Shown here: in pieces, positions 1 to 9,234 of the stretch
Layout of the letters: each line of letters begins with the position of its first letter
Position numbering within the stretch: the stretch's first letter is position 1
Source of the DNA: a virus
Lineage: Duplodnaviria; Caudoviricetes
Length of the DNA: 30,160 nucleotides
Virus record (IMG/VR): IMGVR_UViG_3300025892_000094
Location: 1-30,160 of that record
Strand: one strand, 5' to 3'
Position numbers and translations under genes: made by a program
The notes under the pieces: generated by a model
What the model saw: only the letters and a program-made list of their open reading frames with translations
Told to the model about the DNA's origin: nothing
Database searches by the model: none

Positions 1-6
1 AAGTCT

Positions 7-1488
7 ATGCCACAACCTAAAAAGAAGTCTAAAACTAAAAAAATATTTAAAAAGAAAAAAGAAAACATTAAAAAAATAATATCTAATCCAACACCTAAAC
101 CTAAACCAAAACCAGCTCCTACACCTGTGGGAGACCCATTACCTAATGTGCCGTATCCTAACATACCTGTTCCTTCAGATGAAGAAGATATCGCAGATGA
201 TTTGCCTTTAGAACCGTTAGAGTTTGAAGATTTTTCAGATATGCCTAAACCGCCTCCTATACCACCCGTACCAAGACCGTCTATTCCTGTTCCATCAGAT
301 GAAGAAGATATAGCTGATGATGTAGAATTAGAAGAATTAGATTTTGATTCGTTTGAAGATTGGGAAGTACCGCCCCCTCCGCCGCCCTTTATTCCATATG
401 CTATGGTAGAGAATGAAACTGCTAATATAATATTACAGATGACAGATGGGAAAGCGAACATACAACCATTTAAAGACGCGCCACAACAAGATGTTAAATT
501 ATATCCTAAAGGTCGTGAAAACTCACACCCTATAATATTCTCTTTAGGTGTTACAGATGTTTTGAGTATAGAAGAGTTTAATAATATAAGAAAAACTTAT
601 TTTCAATCATTCGGCAAAGACCCAAAAGATTTACTTGATAGATTATACACAAGATTAGAGTATTCTGATTCTGTTGCAGGTGATGATAATTCGAACTTTG
701 GTGAATGGGATAAAAGAGAAACAACTTATTGTTATATAGCAAATAGAAAAACAGAAGATGGTATGATGATAGGTGATAAGATACAGGAGATGAGAAAGAC
801 TCTACAAGCACAAGTAGGTAATGACCCTAATAACACAACAGGACAAGATAATGATTTTACAAATGACATTATTAATGCTATATTAAATCAACCTGAAAGA
901 ACAAAATTAACGGTTCTAAAAGACAAAAAGAAAAACGACAGAAAAAATATTAAAATAAAAAGAGGAAGACCAGCACCTATGAATCCTGCGTTGATGCGAG
1001 ACCCTAATGCACAGCCAAGTCCAGGTCAAGACCCTCCTTCAGGAAAACCAAAGAGAACAAAGAAAAAGAAGCCAGCAACACCTCCTTCAAGTTATTTTGG
1101 TGGGGATGAGTGGCAAAATAATTTAATATATAGATTAGTTCCTAAATGGAAAACACTTGGTGCTGTATTAGGTAAAGCTGAAGCCGCAATAACTACTACA
1201 GACAGATTAAACGTAACGCAACGAGGAACTTATTTTAAAAACCAAGTAATGTATGGAACAGGAAGAGAAAGTGGAGGCGAAGACCCTGTACCATTTAGTG
1301 AACGAAGAAAATTTTGGGATTCAATGATAGAAGCAAGAGAGCCGGGTGCGTCTAAAGAAAAAAGTCAAAAGTCACGATGTAGGGCAGCTGAATCAGAAAT
1401 AAAAGAAGATGGTAGTTATAATTATTTAAAGAGACTAACAGGTCCAAATGGTCCTTCAGATGTTAGAACATATCAATCGAGATTATAA
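7..1488 (+). CDS. Hypothetical Pro/Lys/acidic low-complexity protein, possibly 5'-truncated
   Basis: 493-aa ORF; the frame is open from position 1 (AAG TCT ATG), so it may begin upstream. Pro-rich and acidic repeats; stop overlaps next start (TAATG). Confidence 0.75.
   Translation: MPQPKKKSKTKKIFKKKKENIKKIISNPTPKPKPKPAPTPVGDPLPNVPYPNIPVPSDEEDIADDLPLEPLEFEDFSDMPKPPPIPPVPRPSIPVPSDEEDIADDVELEELDFDSFEDWEVPPPPPPFIPYAMVENETANIILQMTDGKANIQPFKDAPQQDVKLYPKGRENSHPIIFSLGVTDVLSIEEFNNIRKTYFQSFGKDPKDLLDRLYTRLEYSDSVAGDDNSNFGEWDKRETTYCYIANRKTEDGMMIGDKIQEMRKTLQAQVGNDPNNTTGQDNDFTNDIINAILNQPERTKLTVLKDKKKNDRKNIKIKRGRPAPMNPALMRDPNAQPSPGQDPPSGKPKRTKKKKPATPPSSYFGGDEWQNNLIYRLVPKWKTLGAVLGKAEAAITTTDRLNVTQRGTYFKNQVMYGTGRESGGEDPVPFSERRKFWDSMIEAREPGASKEKSQKSRCRAAESEIKEDGSYNYLKRLTGPNGPSDVRTYQSRL
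166..405 (+). repeat. Two-copy 120-nt (40-aa) tandem repeat inside ORF1
   Basis: PVPSDEEDIADD is encoded at 166-201 and 286-321 with only synonymous differences; each copy is followed by an acidic/aromatic stretch and a poly-Pro tract. Confidence 0.85.
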
Positions 1489-2276
1489 TGATAGATTATG
1501 ATAAAATACGACAAATTCAAGATAACACTATGAGAGCAGTTCCTAATGCAGGAAGCGTACCTGACAACACATCTTTTATATATGTTTCTAATGGTACTTT
1601 AGTTAAAAAAGGAACTTCTTATCATATACATTATACATTTGACTTTGAAGAATATTATATGACGGGTGAAAGTCACGGACCTACATCTCGAATAATTAAA
1701 CCTTTGAATCCTGTAGACGAAAGTAATTTCTCTGCTTACACTAATAACTTTGGAAAAACATACGAACCAATGGCAGATGTTTTTATAAAAGAAGGACCGG
1801 AATCTAATGATTACGTTAATGGTTCATTTACACGATATTTTGTTATTAGAAGAAATGACCCAAGTGAAGGTCTTAAAGAAGTAGATGAAGATTTTGATTC
1901 TCCGTTATATGAAAAATTTAGTATTGAATGGAGATTAACAGGGAAAGCTAAAGATGTGTTCACTCAAAATAGAAGAACGGTTTTTGATGAAAATTTTAAA
2001 CATCCCGGTCTTGATAGAATGTTATCTAATTATATAGAATACTACATTATACCAACAGCAAGTGAACTTTCAAAACAACGTAAATCATTAGGTATTGAAA
2101 AAATACCAAGAGATGCAAAAGGAAACATAGTTGTTCCTGCACCTACACAGAGTATACCTCTACAAGAAAAAAACAATGAAATAGTTCCAAAGAAACTTAA
2201 AAAAACAGGTAGCGCATTATCAGGACCGCCGGCAGGTGTAATGACAGGAGGAGCAGGCGGAAACGTAAGTTATTAA
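1488..2276 (+). CDS. Hypothetical phage protein
   Basis: 262-aa ORF translationally coupled to ORF1; no catalytic motif recognised. Confidence 0.8.
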   Translation: MIDYDKIRQIQDNTMRAVPNAGSVPDNTSFIYVSNGTLVKKGTSYHIHYTFDFEEYYMTGESHGPTSRIIKPLNPVDESNFSAYTNNFGKTYEPMADVFIKEGPESNDYVNGSFTRYFVIRRNDPSEGLKEVDEDFDSPLYEKFSIEWRLTGKAKDVFTQNRRTVFDENFKHPGLDRMLSNYIEYYIIPTASELSKQRKSLGIEKIPRDAKGNIVVPAPTQSIPLQEKNNEIVPKKLKKTGSALSGPPAGVMTGGAGGNVSY

Positions 2277-2285
2277 AAATAATAC

Positions 2286-2314
2286 TTGACATTATCAATA
2301 AAAAGTTATATATT
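2286..2314 (+). promoter_or_regulatory. Sigma70-type promoter
   Basis: TTGACA (2286-2291), 17-nt spacer, TATATT (2309-2314), A/T-rich upstream sequence; lies in the intergenic gap. Confidence 0.8.
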
Positions 2315-2319
2315 AAGAC

Positions 2320-3591
2320 GTGGTTATAATAGAAAAGTACAACCAATTTGAGGACTTTGTGGATGAATATCGTTCTTCTGATTGGGTGTTCTTACATTTC
2401 ATAGGAAGTAAAAACAAACATCCATTAAACGATTATCCGTTGATGCTATACGTACGGTTATCTAACGATAACGAATATATGCTATCATTCAATCACGATG
2501 AAGCTCCTGAACTAACTTTAGATTGTTTATTACATTTAGATACTGATGTTCCTAAATACGTAGCAGATATAAAAGCAGTTTGCCACTTTGCTAATTTTAG
2601 TAACGTTATTGATTTACAACAAGCAGAGTTTCAGAAACAAGGAAATTTAGTTGATAATCATATATTCCTGACTACTTCACATAGATATTTTCATTCTAAA
2701 GGGATGAATAATTTTGTTATTCCTTTAATGAAACATTTAGAGTATTGTCAAGATTTGTTCACAAACTATAAAGAAAATATAGGTGATGAATATAATGAGT
2801 TTTATTCAGATGCTAATAAAGTATTTGCAGATGTAGAACGAGTTGGATTATGTGTCAATCCACTAAGAGTACCAGCTGGACAATCAGATAATGTTTCGAA
2901 AGACCATTTGATGTTTACTAATTATAATGTGTTGACTCCTACAGGTAGACCGAGTAATACTTATGATGGTTTAAACTTTGCGGCTATGAATAAAAGTGAT
3001 GGTTCACGTAAGATGATAGAAAGTAGATATGATGAATTAATTGAATTTGACTTTGATGCTTATCACGTAAGATTGATTGGTAAGATTATAGGATATGATT
3101 TTGGTGCTGAGAGTGTACACGAACATTTTAGTAAACTATATAACGTATCTTACGAAGAGTCAAAGACGATGACTTTTAAGTATTTATATGGTGGTGTACC
3201 TGATGATATAGCAAAAACACACGAATTTTTCGGTAAGGTTAAGAAATATTACACTAATCTGTGGTCACGTTTTAAGAGAGATAAAGTTTTAGTAACTGAT
3301 ATTTATAAAAGAAGAATAACATTAGATGTAAAGGACTTTTATCCTTCAAAACTTTTTAATTATATGATACAAAGTTTAGAAACAGAGAGAAACATATTAG
3401 TATTAAAGAGTTTGTTAAAAAAAACAAAAGACTTTAAAAGTACGTTAGTATTATATCATTATGATAGTTTTTTGTTTGACTACAATAAAAACGATGGAGA
3501 TAAATTTGTTGAAATTGTTCAAAAAGAGTTACAACAAGATGGATTCCCTGTCAAGATGAAACGAGGTAAAAACTACGATGAACTCATTTGA
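2320..3591 (+). CDS. Short, divergent family A (PolA-like) nucleotide polymerase
   Basis: TPTGRPSN (cf. TATGRLSS), motif A DFDAYHVRL, motif B SKTMTFKYLYG, NYMIQ (cf. NAPMQ), motif C HYDSFLFD. Only 423 aa; GTG start. Confidence 0.8.
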   Translation: MVIIEKYNQFEDFVDEYRSSDWVFLHFIGSKNKHPLNDYPLMLYVRLSNDNEYMLSFNHDEAPELTLDCLLHLDTDVPKYVADIKAVCHFANFSNVIDLQQAEFQKQGNLVDNHIFLTTSHRYFHSKGMNNFVIPLMKHLEYCQDLFTNYKENIGDEYNEFYSDANKVFADVERVGLCVNPLRVPAGQSDNVSKDHLMFTNYNVLTPTGRPSNTYDGLNFAAMNKSDGSRKMIESRYDELIEFDFDAYHVRLIGKIIGYDFGAESVHEHFSKLYNVSYEESKTMTFKYLYGGVPDDIAKTHEFFGKVKKYYTNLWSRFKRDKVLVTDIYKRRITLDVKDFYPSKLFNYMIQSLETERNILVLKSLLKKTKDFKSTLVLYHYDSFLFDYNKNDGDKFVEIVQKELQQDGFPVKMKRGKNYDELI

Positions 3592-5899
3592 TAAACTGCT
3601 TACCAATATATCTTGGATGTATGATAAAGGCTATCCTGACTTCACTATAAAAGAAGATAGAGAAGCATTATACGATTATCTCTTATCTATAGGATTTTCA
3701 CACTCTGATGTTATAGAATTATCTGAAAGATTTATTAGAGAAGACGATGAGTGGTGGACAAAATTGTCTCCTGAACAACAAGCACAATATATTAAAGACC
3801 ACCCTAAATCACAAAAAGCATTAGATGCTAAAGAAAAAGAAGACGAGGATGATGAAGAAACATCAGAAAAGCCAAAAGATGATATTGATGTTAAAGTAGA
3901 AAAACAAAAAGAAAAATATGCGGAGAAAGGTTTAGATGAATTTGGTAAACCTACAGGAGAACCTAAAAATCCTAATTTAGATAAAGACATTACAGGAAAA
4001 GTAGGACCTAAAGGTGAAAAAGTAGAAGTCTTAAAAGTACACCATGGACTTGATAATGTTAATGCAGGAGTTCAAGAATCAAACGTTATTCCTGATGAAG
4101 ATAAGAAAAATATAAGTTCTGCTATTCAAAAGATTAAAGAAGAAAAAGTAGAAACAATGACAGACGATGAGATAAATTCATTGAGAAGATGGGTAGCAGT
4201 AAAAGACCAAAAAGGACAGCCTGATGAAGAGAAACGAAGTGCTGAATTTTACATAGCAGACATAAGTCCAAATGATTGGAGATTCGGTAACAAAAGTGTA
4301 GGTGGCGGAGAACCTGCAAGACAAGCAAGAAAAAAAGCAACAATGACAGGTGGAAAAGGTAAAGCACCATATGATGAAATAGTAAAATTAGCAGATGCAG
4401 TTGGACTAAAAATGGCATCACCAACTAATTCAAGAACCACTTCAAAGATGATGGCTCCTACAGCAATAAATAAAAAGAGAAAAGAAGAAAAAATTAAGAT
4501 AGACAAAAAGAAAGGTAAAGTTGTAAGTGCAACTATTGCAGGTCAAACACATACGAAAAAATCTGTACCAAGAATAAGTGATGTAGAAAAAGCTTTGATA
4601 GAAAAAGGTATGGACGCTGGTGAAGCGAAGAGAAAAGCAAGAAAAGCAGTATTAGGTATACAAAGATATAATGACCAAATAGATTTATTAGCAGAGACAG
4701 CTGAGGCAAGTAAAGGTAAATTAGAAGTAGTTGATTATGGTGATACAAGTACTACTGAAGGTAAAAAGACTGCAATTAATCAATGTTTACAAGACTTAGC
4801 AAATACATTAGAAGAAAAATTAGAAAGTACTACGCCTCCTCATCCACCATTATCAAGAAGCCATTATGAGTTAGCAGAATTAATTAGAAATGTAAAAAAC
4901 CCATTAGAAGACCCTGAATGGGATAATCTATCATTTGAAGAACAACAAGAAAGAGCAAATAAATTTAATGAAGATATGGGGCAAATATTAGTAGAGATGA
5001 ATGCATTAGGTGATATGATGACTTCACGTGCTGAAGTAGCAGAAGCTATAACTTATATGCACAGATTATCACAAGGATTTACTGCTATTTTACCATCATC
5101 TGAAACTTTTAAAGTAACTGATGTTTATGCTATAAAAGACCCAGGCGATACAAAAGACCCTGAAAAATTAGCAGAATCAATACAACAAGTATTAGTTAGT
5201 ATTGAAGTATCAGGCGGTGAAAGTGTAAAGTATGATGCAGGAGCTAGGTCTTCTTCTGCTGGTAAAGTATCGTTAACCGTTTATAAGAATAAAAGCACAC
5301 GAAAAACTATAAATGATTTACTTGATACATATGATAAAGTTTACAATGGAGATGATTATCCACCAAGTGATGAAGTTATAAAAGAGTTAGATGATGTAAG
5401 AGATGCAACTAAAGCACAAGTTGTAAATGATGGTATTATGACAGAAGAAGAATATGATAAGATTTACAACGCAGGATTAGAAACAGGCGAGAAAGCTTTT
5501 TCGGCATTTATGAAAAAAGCGGGGAATAAAGGAAAACTTATGAAAGCAGGGTTTACTGAAGATGATTTGAGAAGAGTTAAAGAAACTTTTATGAAACATT
5601 GTGCGCACGGAAAAGTAATGGCAGGAATAAATAATCGTGATACAGAATACAATAAGTTTAATAATGTTGCACACAAGATATCAGGATTTAAAAAAGATTC
5701 AGACACAGACGAAGTTATTAAAAAAGGTAAATATAAAACCGTAGAAGCAGATGGTATAAATACTATTTCAGGAATGGATTTTAGTTGTGACCAAGGATTT
5801 AGTATCGCATCGCCACCAAAGAAAAAGATAAGTCCTGAAAACACTAATCCATCAGCAATCGTAGCTTTAGACGCGCAGACAGGAAAAAAAGTTAGATAA
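3578..5899 (+). CDS. Large hypothetical protein with possible C-terminal PD-(D/E)XK-like nuclease domain
   Basis: 773-aa ORF with a charged N-terminal half; C-terminal E..E...LPSSETFKVTD...ESVK pattern resembles restriction-endonuclease-fold motifs. ORF is solid, function tentative. Confidence 0.6.
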   Translation: MNSFDKLLTNISWMYDKGYPDFTIKEDREALYDYLLSIGFSHSDVIELSERFIREDDEWWTKLSPEQQAQYIKDHPKSQKALDAKEKEDEDDEETSEKPKDDIDVKVEKQKEKYAEKGLDEFGKPTGEPKNPNLDKDITGKVGPKGEKVEVLKVHHGLDNVNAGVQESNVIPDEDKKNISSAIQKIKEEKVETMTDDEINSLRRWVAVKDQKGQPDEEKRSAEFYIADISPNDWRFGNKSVGGGEPARQARKKATMTGGKGKAPYDEIVKLADAVGLKMASPTNSRTTSKMMAPTAINKKRKEEKIKIDKKKGKVVSATIAGQTHTKKSVPRISDVEKALIEKGMDAGEAKRKARKAVLGIQRYNDQIDLLAETAEASKGKLEVVDYGDTSTTEGKKTAINQCLQDLANTLEEKLESTTPPHPPLSRSHYELAELIRNVKNPLEDPEWDNLSFEEQQERANKFNEDMGQILVEMNALGDMMTSRAEVAEAITYMHRLSQGFTAILPSSETFKVTDVYAIKDPGDTKDPEKLAESIQQVLVSIEVSGGESVKYDAGARSSSAGKVSLTVYKNKSTRKTINDLLDTYDKVYNGDDYPPSDEVIKELDDVRDATKAQVVNDGIMTEEEYDKIYNAGLETGEKAFSAFMKKAGNKGKLMKAGFTEDDLRRVKETFMKHCAHGKVMAGINNRDTEYNKFNNVAHKISGFKKDSDTDEVIKKGKYKTVEADGINTISGMDFSCDQGFSIASPPKKKISPENTNPSAIVALDAQTGKKVR

Positions 5900-6291
5900 T
5901 GATAGATTCACAACTACTTTGTACTTTCTCTAACAAGAAAGAACTTACTGAAATGGTCTTACTCATCAAAGAGTCTGCACCACTTTCTATGAAAAAACTT
6001 TATGTTTTAGAAAGAACAGAAAACTCTAATGAGTTAATGTTGACCTATAATGTGTTAAAATCAGAAGTATCGGGATTTCTCCCTAACACAATATTATTAC
6101 ATCGAAAGAAAGAAACAAATACACTATACACAATCAATGCAGTTAACATTATAATTAGGAATGCTAACAACGGTATCTTAGACACATCGTATAGATTACA
6201 ATGGAACAACTATCGTAATTGTATTTTATTGACAAATAAACAAGGCTTAAACAAAATAGATACACGATTAAAAGAAATTATTGATTTATAA
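5899..6291 (+). CDS. Hypothetical protein
   Basis: 130-aa ORF with TAATG coupling, immediately upstream of the SSB gene. Confidence 0.8.
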   Translation: MIDSQLLCTFSNKKELTEMVLLIKESAPLSMKKLYVLERTENSNELMLTYNVLKSEVSGFLPNTILLHRKKETNTLYTINAVNIIIRNANNGILDTSYRLQWNNYRNCILLTNKQGLNKIDTRLKEIIDL

Positions 6292-6317
6292 AAATAAATT
6301 AACGTTTTGAATTTTAC

Positions 6318-6352
6318 AACCATACTTATATATGAATGGTTACTCAAGTAAC
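6318..6352 (+). promoter_or_regulatory. Putative regulatory site upstream of SSB (12-mer motif plus two inverted repeats)
   Basis: ATACTTATATAT at 6322-6333 (identical copy at 25909-25920); AACCAT-N12-ATGGTT at 6318-6341; GTTACT-CA-AGTAAC at 6339-6352. Confidence 0.5.
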
Positions 6353-6389
6353 AATTAACAATTAAATAATAACAATAGGAGAATATCAA

Positions 6390-7142
6390 ATGGATATTAC
6401 AGCAATACGCAAAAGGTTAGAGCAACTTCAAACTTCTAACACGAAAACCAATAATCTTTGGAAACCACAACCAGGAAAACAAGTAGTCCGAATCGTGCCT
6501 TATCAACACAATAAAGAGAATCCTTTTCAGGAACTTTTCTTTCATTATGATTTAGGTGGCAAGACTTATTTGTCTCCGATAACATTTGGTCGTCCTGACC
6601 CAATCGAAGAGTTTGCACAAAAACTTCGTTCAAGTGGTAACAAAGATGATTATCAGATAGCAAAGAAACTCATGGCTAAAATGAGAACATTTGCACCTGT
6701 AATAGTTCGTGGTGAAGAAAGCGAAGGTGTTCGATTTTGGGGCTTTGGTAAAATGGTTTATCAAGAGCTTCTATCTGTAATAGCAGACCCTGATTATGGT
6801 GACATCACAGATTCAATGAATGGTCGTGATGTAACGGTAGAATTTATTTCTGCTGAAGAAGCAGGAAAGAACTTTCCTGTTACTAACATAAGGGTCAAGC
6901 CTAATCAAAATCCAATCACAGAAGATGATAAGATGCTTGATAAAATGTTGAATGAACAACCAAACATTCAAGAAATGTATCAAGAGAAGACCTATGAAGA
7001 ACTTACTGAAGTTCTTAATACTTGGTTGACTCCATCTGAAGAAGAGGGTAATGATAAAGGCGATTCGGTGACAACTGAAGTTCTTTCCAAGAAAACGGTT
7101 AAAGACACTTCAGAAGCGTTCGACCAACTCTTCAATAAGTAA
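6390..7142 (+). CDS. Single-stranded DNA-binding protein, T4 gp32-like
   Basis: LWKPQPGKQVVRIVP, ELFFHY, DPIEEF, VRFWGFGK, DYGDITD..GRD, acidic tail ending FDQLFNK. AGGAG SD; directly upstream of the recombinase. Confidence 0.8.
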   Translation: MDITAIRKRLEQLQTSNTKTNNLWKPQPGKQVVRIVPYQHNKENPFQELFFHYDLGGKTYLSPITFGRPDPIEEFAQKLRSSGNKDDYQIAKKLMAKMRTFAPVIVRGEESEGVRFWGFGKMVYQELLSVIADPDYGDITDSMNGRDVTVEFISAEEAGKNFPVTNIRVKPNQNPITEDDKMLDKMLNEQPNIQEMYQEKTYEELTEVLNTWLTPSEEEGNDKGDSVTTEVLSKKTVKDTSEAFDQLFNK

Positions 7143-7162
7143 TACAACGTAAACAGAAACTC

Positions 7163-7188
7163 GGGGCGGGCATAAGTTCGCCCCATTC
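7163..7188 (+). terminator. GC-rich hairpin; weak terminator or mRNA-stabilising stem
   Basis: GGGGCGGGC-ATAA-GTTCGCCCC (9 bp including 2 G-U), followed only by ATTC. Confidence 0.55.
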
Positions 7189-7204
7189 GAATAGGAGTTA
7201 TAGT

Positions 7205-8308
7205 ATGTCTAATACTAAAGACGGGTTAGAGGGTCTTTTGGCCGACACCCTAAACAAAAAATTTAGCAATCAAAAAGTAGCTTACTTTCTTGATGGTAGT
7301 GATACAACACCCACAGATATTAGAGAATTTTTATCTACAGGTTCGAGTATATTAGATTTAGCAATATCTAATAGACCAAATGGTGGTATAGCTGTTGGAA
7401 GGATTACAGAAATTAATGGTTTAGAGTCAAGTGGTAAATCATTACTCGGTGCACATATACTTGCAGAAACTCAAAAGAAAGATGGTGTAGCAGTTTATAT
7501 AGATACTGAAACAGCAGTTAGTGAAGACTTTTTACAAGTTATCGGTGTAGATAGTAGTAAAATGTTATATCTTCATCTTGAAACGGTAGAAGACATATTT
7601 GAAGCTATTGAAGAGATTGTGACTAAAGTTCGTGAAAGTGATAAGAATAGATTAGTAACAATATTAGTTGATTCAGTAGCTGCGGCATCTACTAAATTTG
7701 AAATGGAAGCTGATTTTGATAAAGATGGATATGCTACACACAAAGCAATCATCATATCTAAAGCACTTCGTAAAATTACTCAAATGATAGGTAGACAACG
7801 TGTAGCACTTGTATTTACTAATCAGTTAAGACAAAAACTTGGTGTTATGTTTGGTGACCCTTATACAACATCAGGCGGTAAAGCATTGCCTTTTCACGCT
7901 TCAACTCGTATTAGATTGAAGAACAAAGGTCAGATTAAAGATACAAAAAAGAATACAATCGGAATGACTATAACATCACAAGTTATCAAGAATAGATTAG
8001 GCCCGCCTTTGAGACGCGCAGACTTTCCTTTATACTTCGATAGAGGTATAGATGATAAATCATCTTGGTTACAAGTTATGAAAGAATATAAACTTCTTAA
8101 ACAAACAGGCGCTTGGTATACTATAGAACACGAAGGTGAAGATATCAAATTTCAATCAAAAGATTTTGAGTCTATTCTTGAAAAACACGATGGCTTAGCA
8201 GATGTGTTGTATGAAAAAATTTGTAGTGTCTTGATTCTTAAATATGATACTTCAGCTCTTGGATTGGATGATGTTGTAGAAACTGATGAACCTGCGGACG
8301 AGTTATAA
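7205..8308 (+). CDS. recA: RecA/UvsX recombinase
   Basis: LSTGSSILD, GRITEINGLESSGKS (Walker A), YIDTE, ILVDSVAA (Walker B), FTNQLR, TSGGKALPFHAS, KNR. Confidence 0.95.
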   Translation: MSNTKDGLEGLLADTLNKKFSNQKVAYFLDGSDTTPTDIREFLSTGSSILDLAISNRPNGGIAVGRITEINGLESSGKSLLGAHILAETQKKDGVAVYIDTETAVSEDFLQVIGVDSSKMLYLHLETVEDIFEAIEEIVTKVRESDKNRLVTILVDSVAAASTKFEMEADFDKDGYATHKAIIISKALRKITQMIGRQRVALVFTNQLRQKLGVMFGDPYTTSGGKALPFHASTRIRLKNKGQIKDTKKNTIGMTITSQVIKNRLGPPLRRADFPLYFDRGIDDKSSWLQVMKEYKLLKQTGAWYTIEHEGEDIKFQSKDFESILEKHDGLADVLYEKICSVLILKYDTSALGLDDVVETDEPADEL

Positions 8309-9234
8309 TGAAGATATTGATTACAGGCGGTGCTGGTTTTATAGGTACTAATTTAATTAGTAAGATACTCAAAGAACAACCTGAAGCGTATATTCAAGTA
8401 TTAGATAACTTTTCAACAGGTTATCATCATAATAGAATCGATAGCGACAGAGTTATATATCACGAGTTTGATGTTGCAGACTATTTCTTTCAACAACGTA
8501 TAGATGATATTGTATTAGGGGATGACTCAGAAGGTACGCCTGACATAATATATCATCTTGCGGCATTAGCGAGAATACAACCTTCATTTGATGAACCGAT
8601 GAATACATTTTCATCTAACACAATCGGTACACAAAATATATTAGAATGGGCTAGGATGAGAGGCAATATACCTGTTGTTTATGCTGGCTCAAGTTCTACT
8701 CATGGTGACCACTTTGCTAATCCATATACTTTTTATAAGTACAATGGTGAGTTGTTGTGTGAGTTATATTCTAAAGTGTATGATTTGCCTACTATTATAA
8801 CAAGATTTTATAATGTATATGGTGATTATATGATTCCTTCAGGTAGTGCATATGCTACGGTTGTTGCAGTATTCGATGAATTGAAAGAACTCGGCAAGCC
8901 TTTAACGGTTACAAACAATGGTGAACAAAGAAGAGACTTTACTCACGTATTAGATATATGTAGTGCTTTGATTGCTTGTCAAGGACGTAGTGATTTGAGA
9001 GCAGAGTACTTTGAATTAGGAACAGGTAAAAACTACAGCATAAATGAACTTGTTAAATTGTACAAATCTGATAGTGTAAATATAGGACCAAGACCCGGAG
9101 AAATGGATGTTACATTATGTGAAGACATTAATGCACACAAACTTTTAGGATGGATACCTGAACATTCACTTGAAGATTACATAGCACAAAAAGTAAAGGA
9201 ATACGATGAAAAAACGATACCTAAGTCTGTTTGA
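8308..9234 (+). CDS. NAD-dependent nucleotide-sugar epimerase/dehydratase (extended SDR)
   Basis: ILITGGAGFIG, DNFSTG, HLAA, YxxxK (YTFYK), RFYNVYG, GEQRRDFTHV. Confidence 0.92.
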   Translation: MKILITGGAGFIGTNLISKILKEQPEAYIQVLDNFSTGYHHNRIDSDRVIYHEFDVADYFFQQRIDDIVLGDDSEGTPDIIYHLAALARIQPSFDEPMNTFSSNTIGTQNILEWARMRGNIPVVYAGSSSTHGDHFANPYTFYKYNGELLCELYSKVYDLPTIITRFYNVYGDYMIPSGSAYATVVAVFDELKELGKPLTVTNNGEQRRDFTHVLDICSALIACQGRSDLRAEYFELGTGKNYSINELVKLYKSDSVNIGPRPGEMDVTLCEDINAHKLLGWIPEHSLEDYIAQKVKEYDEKTIPKSV

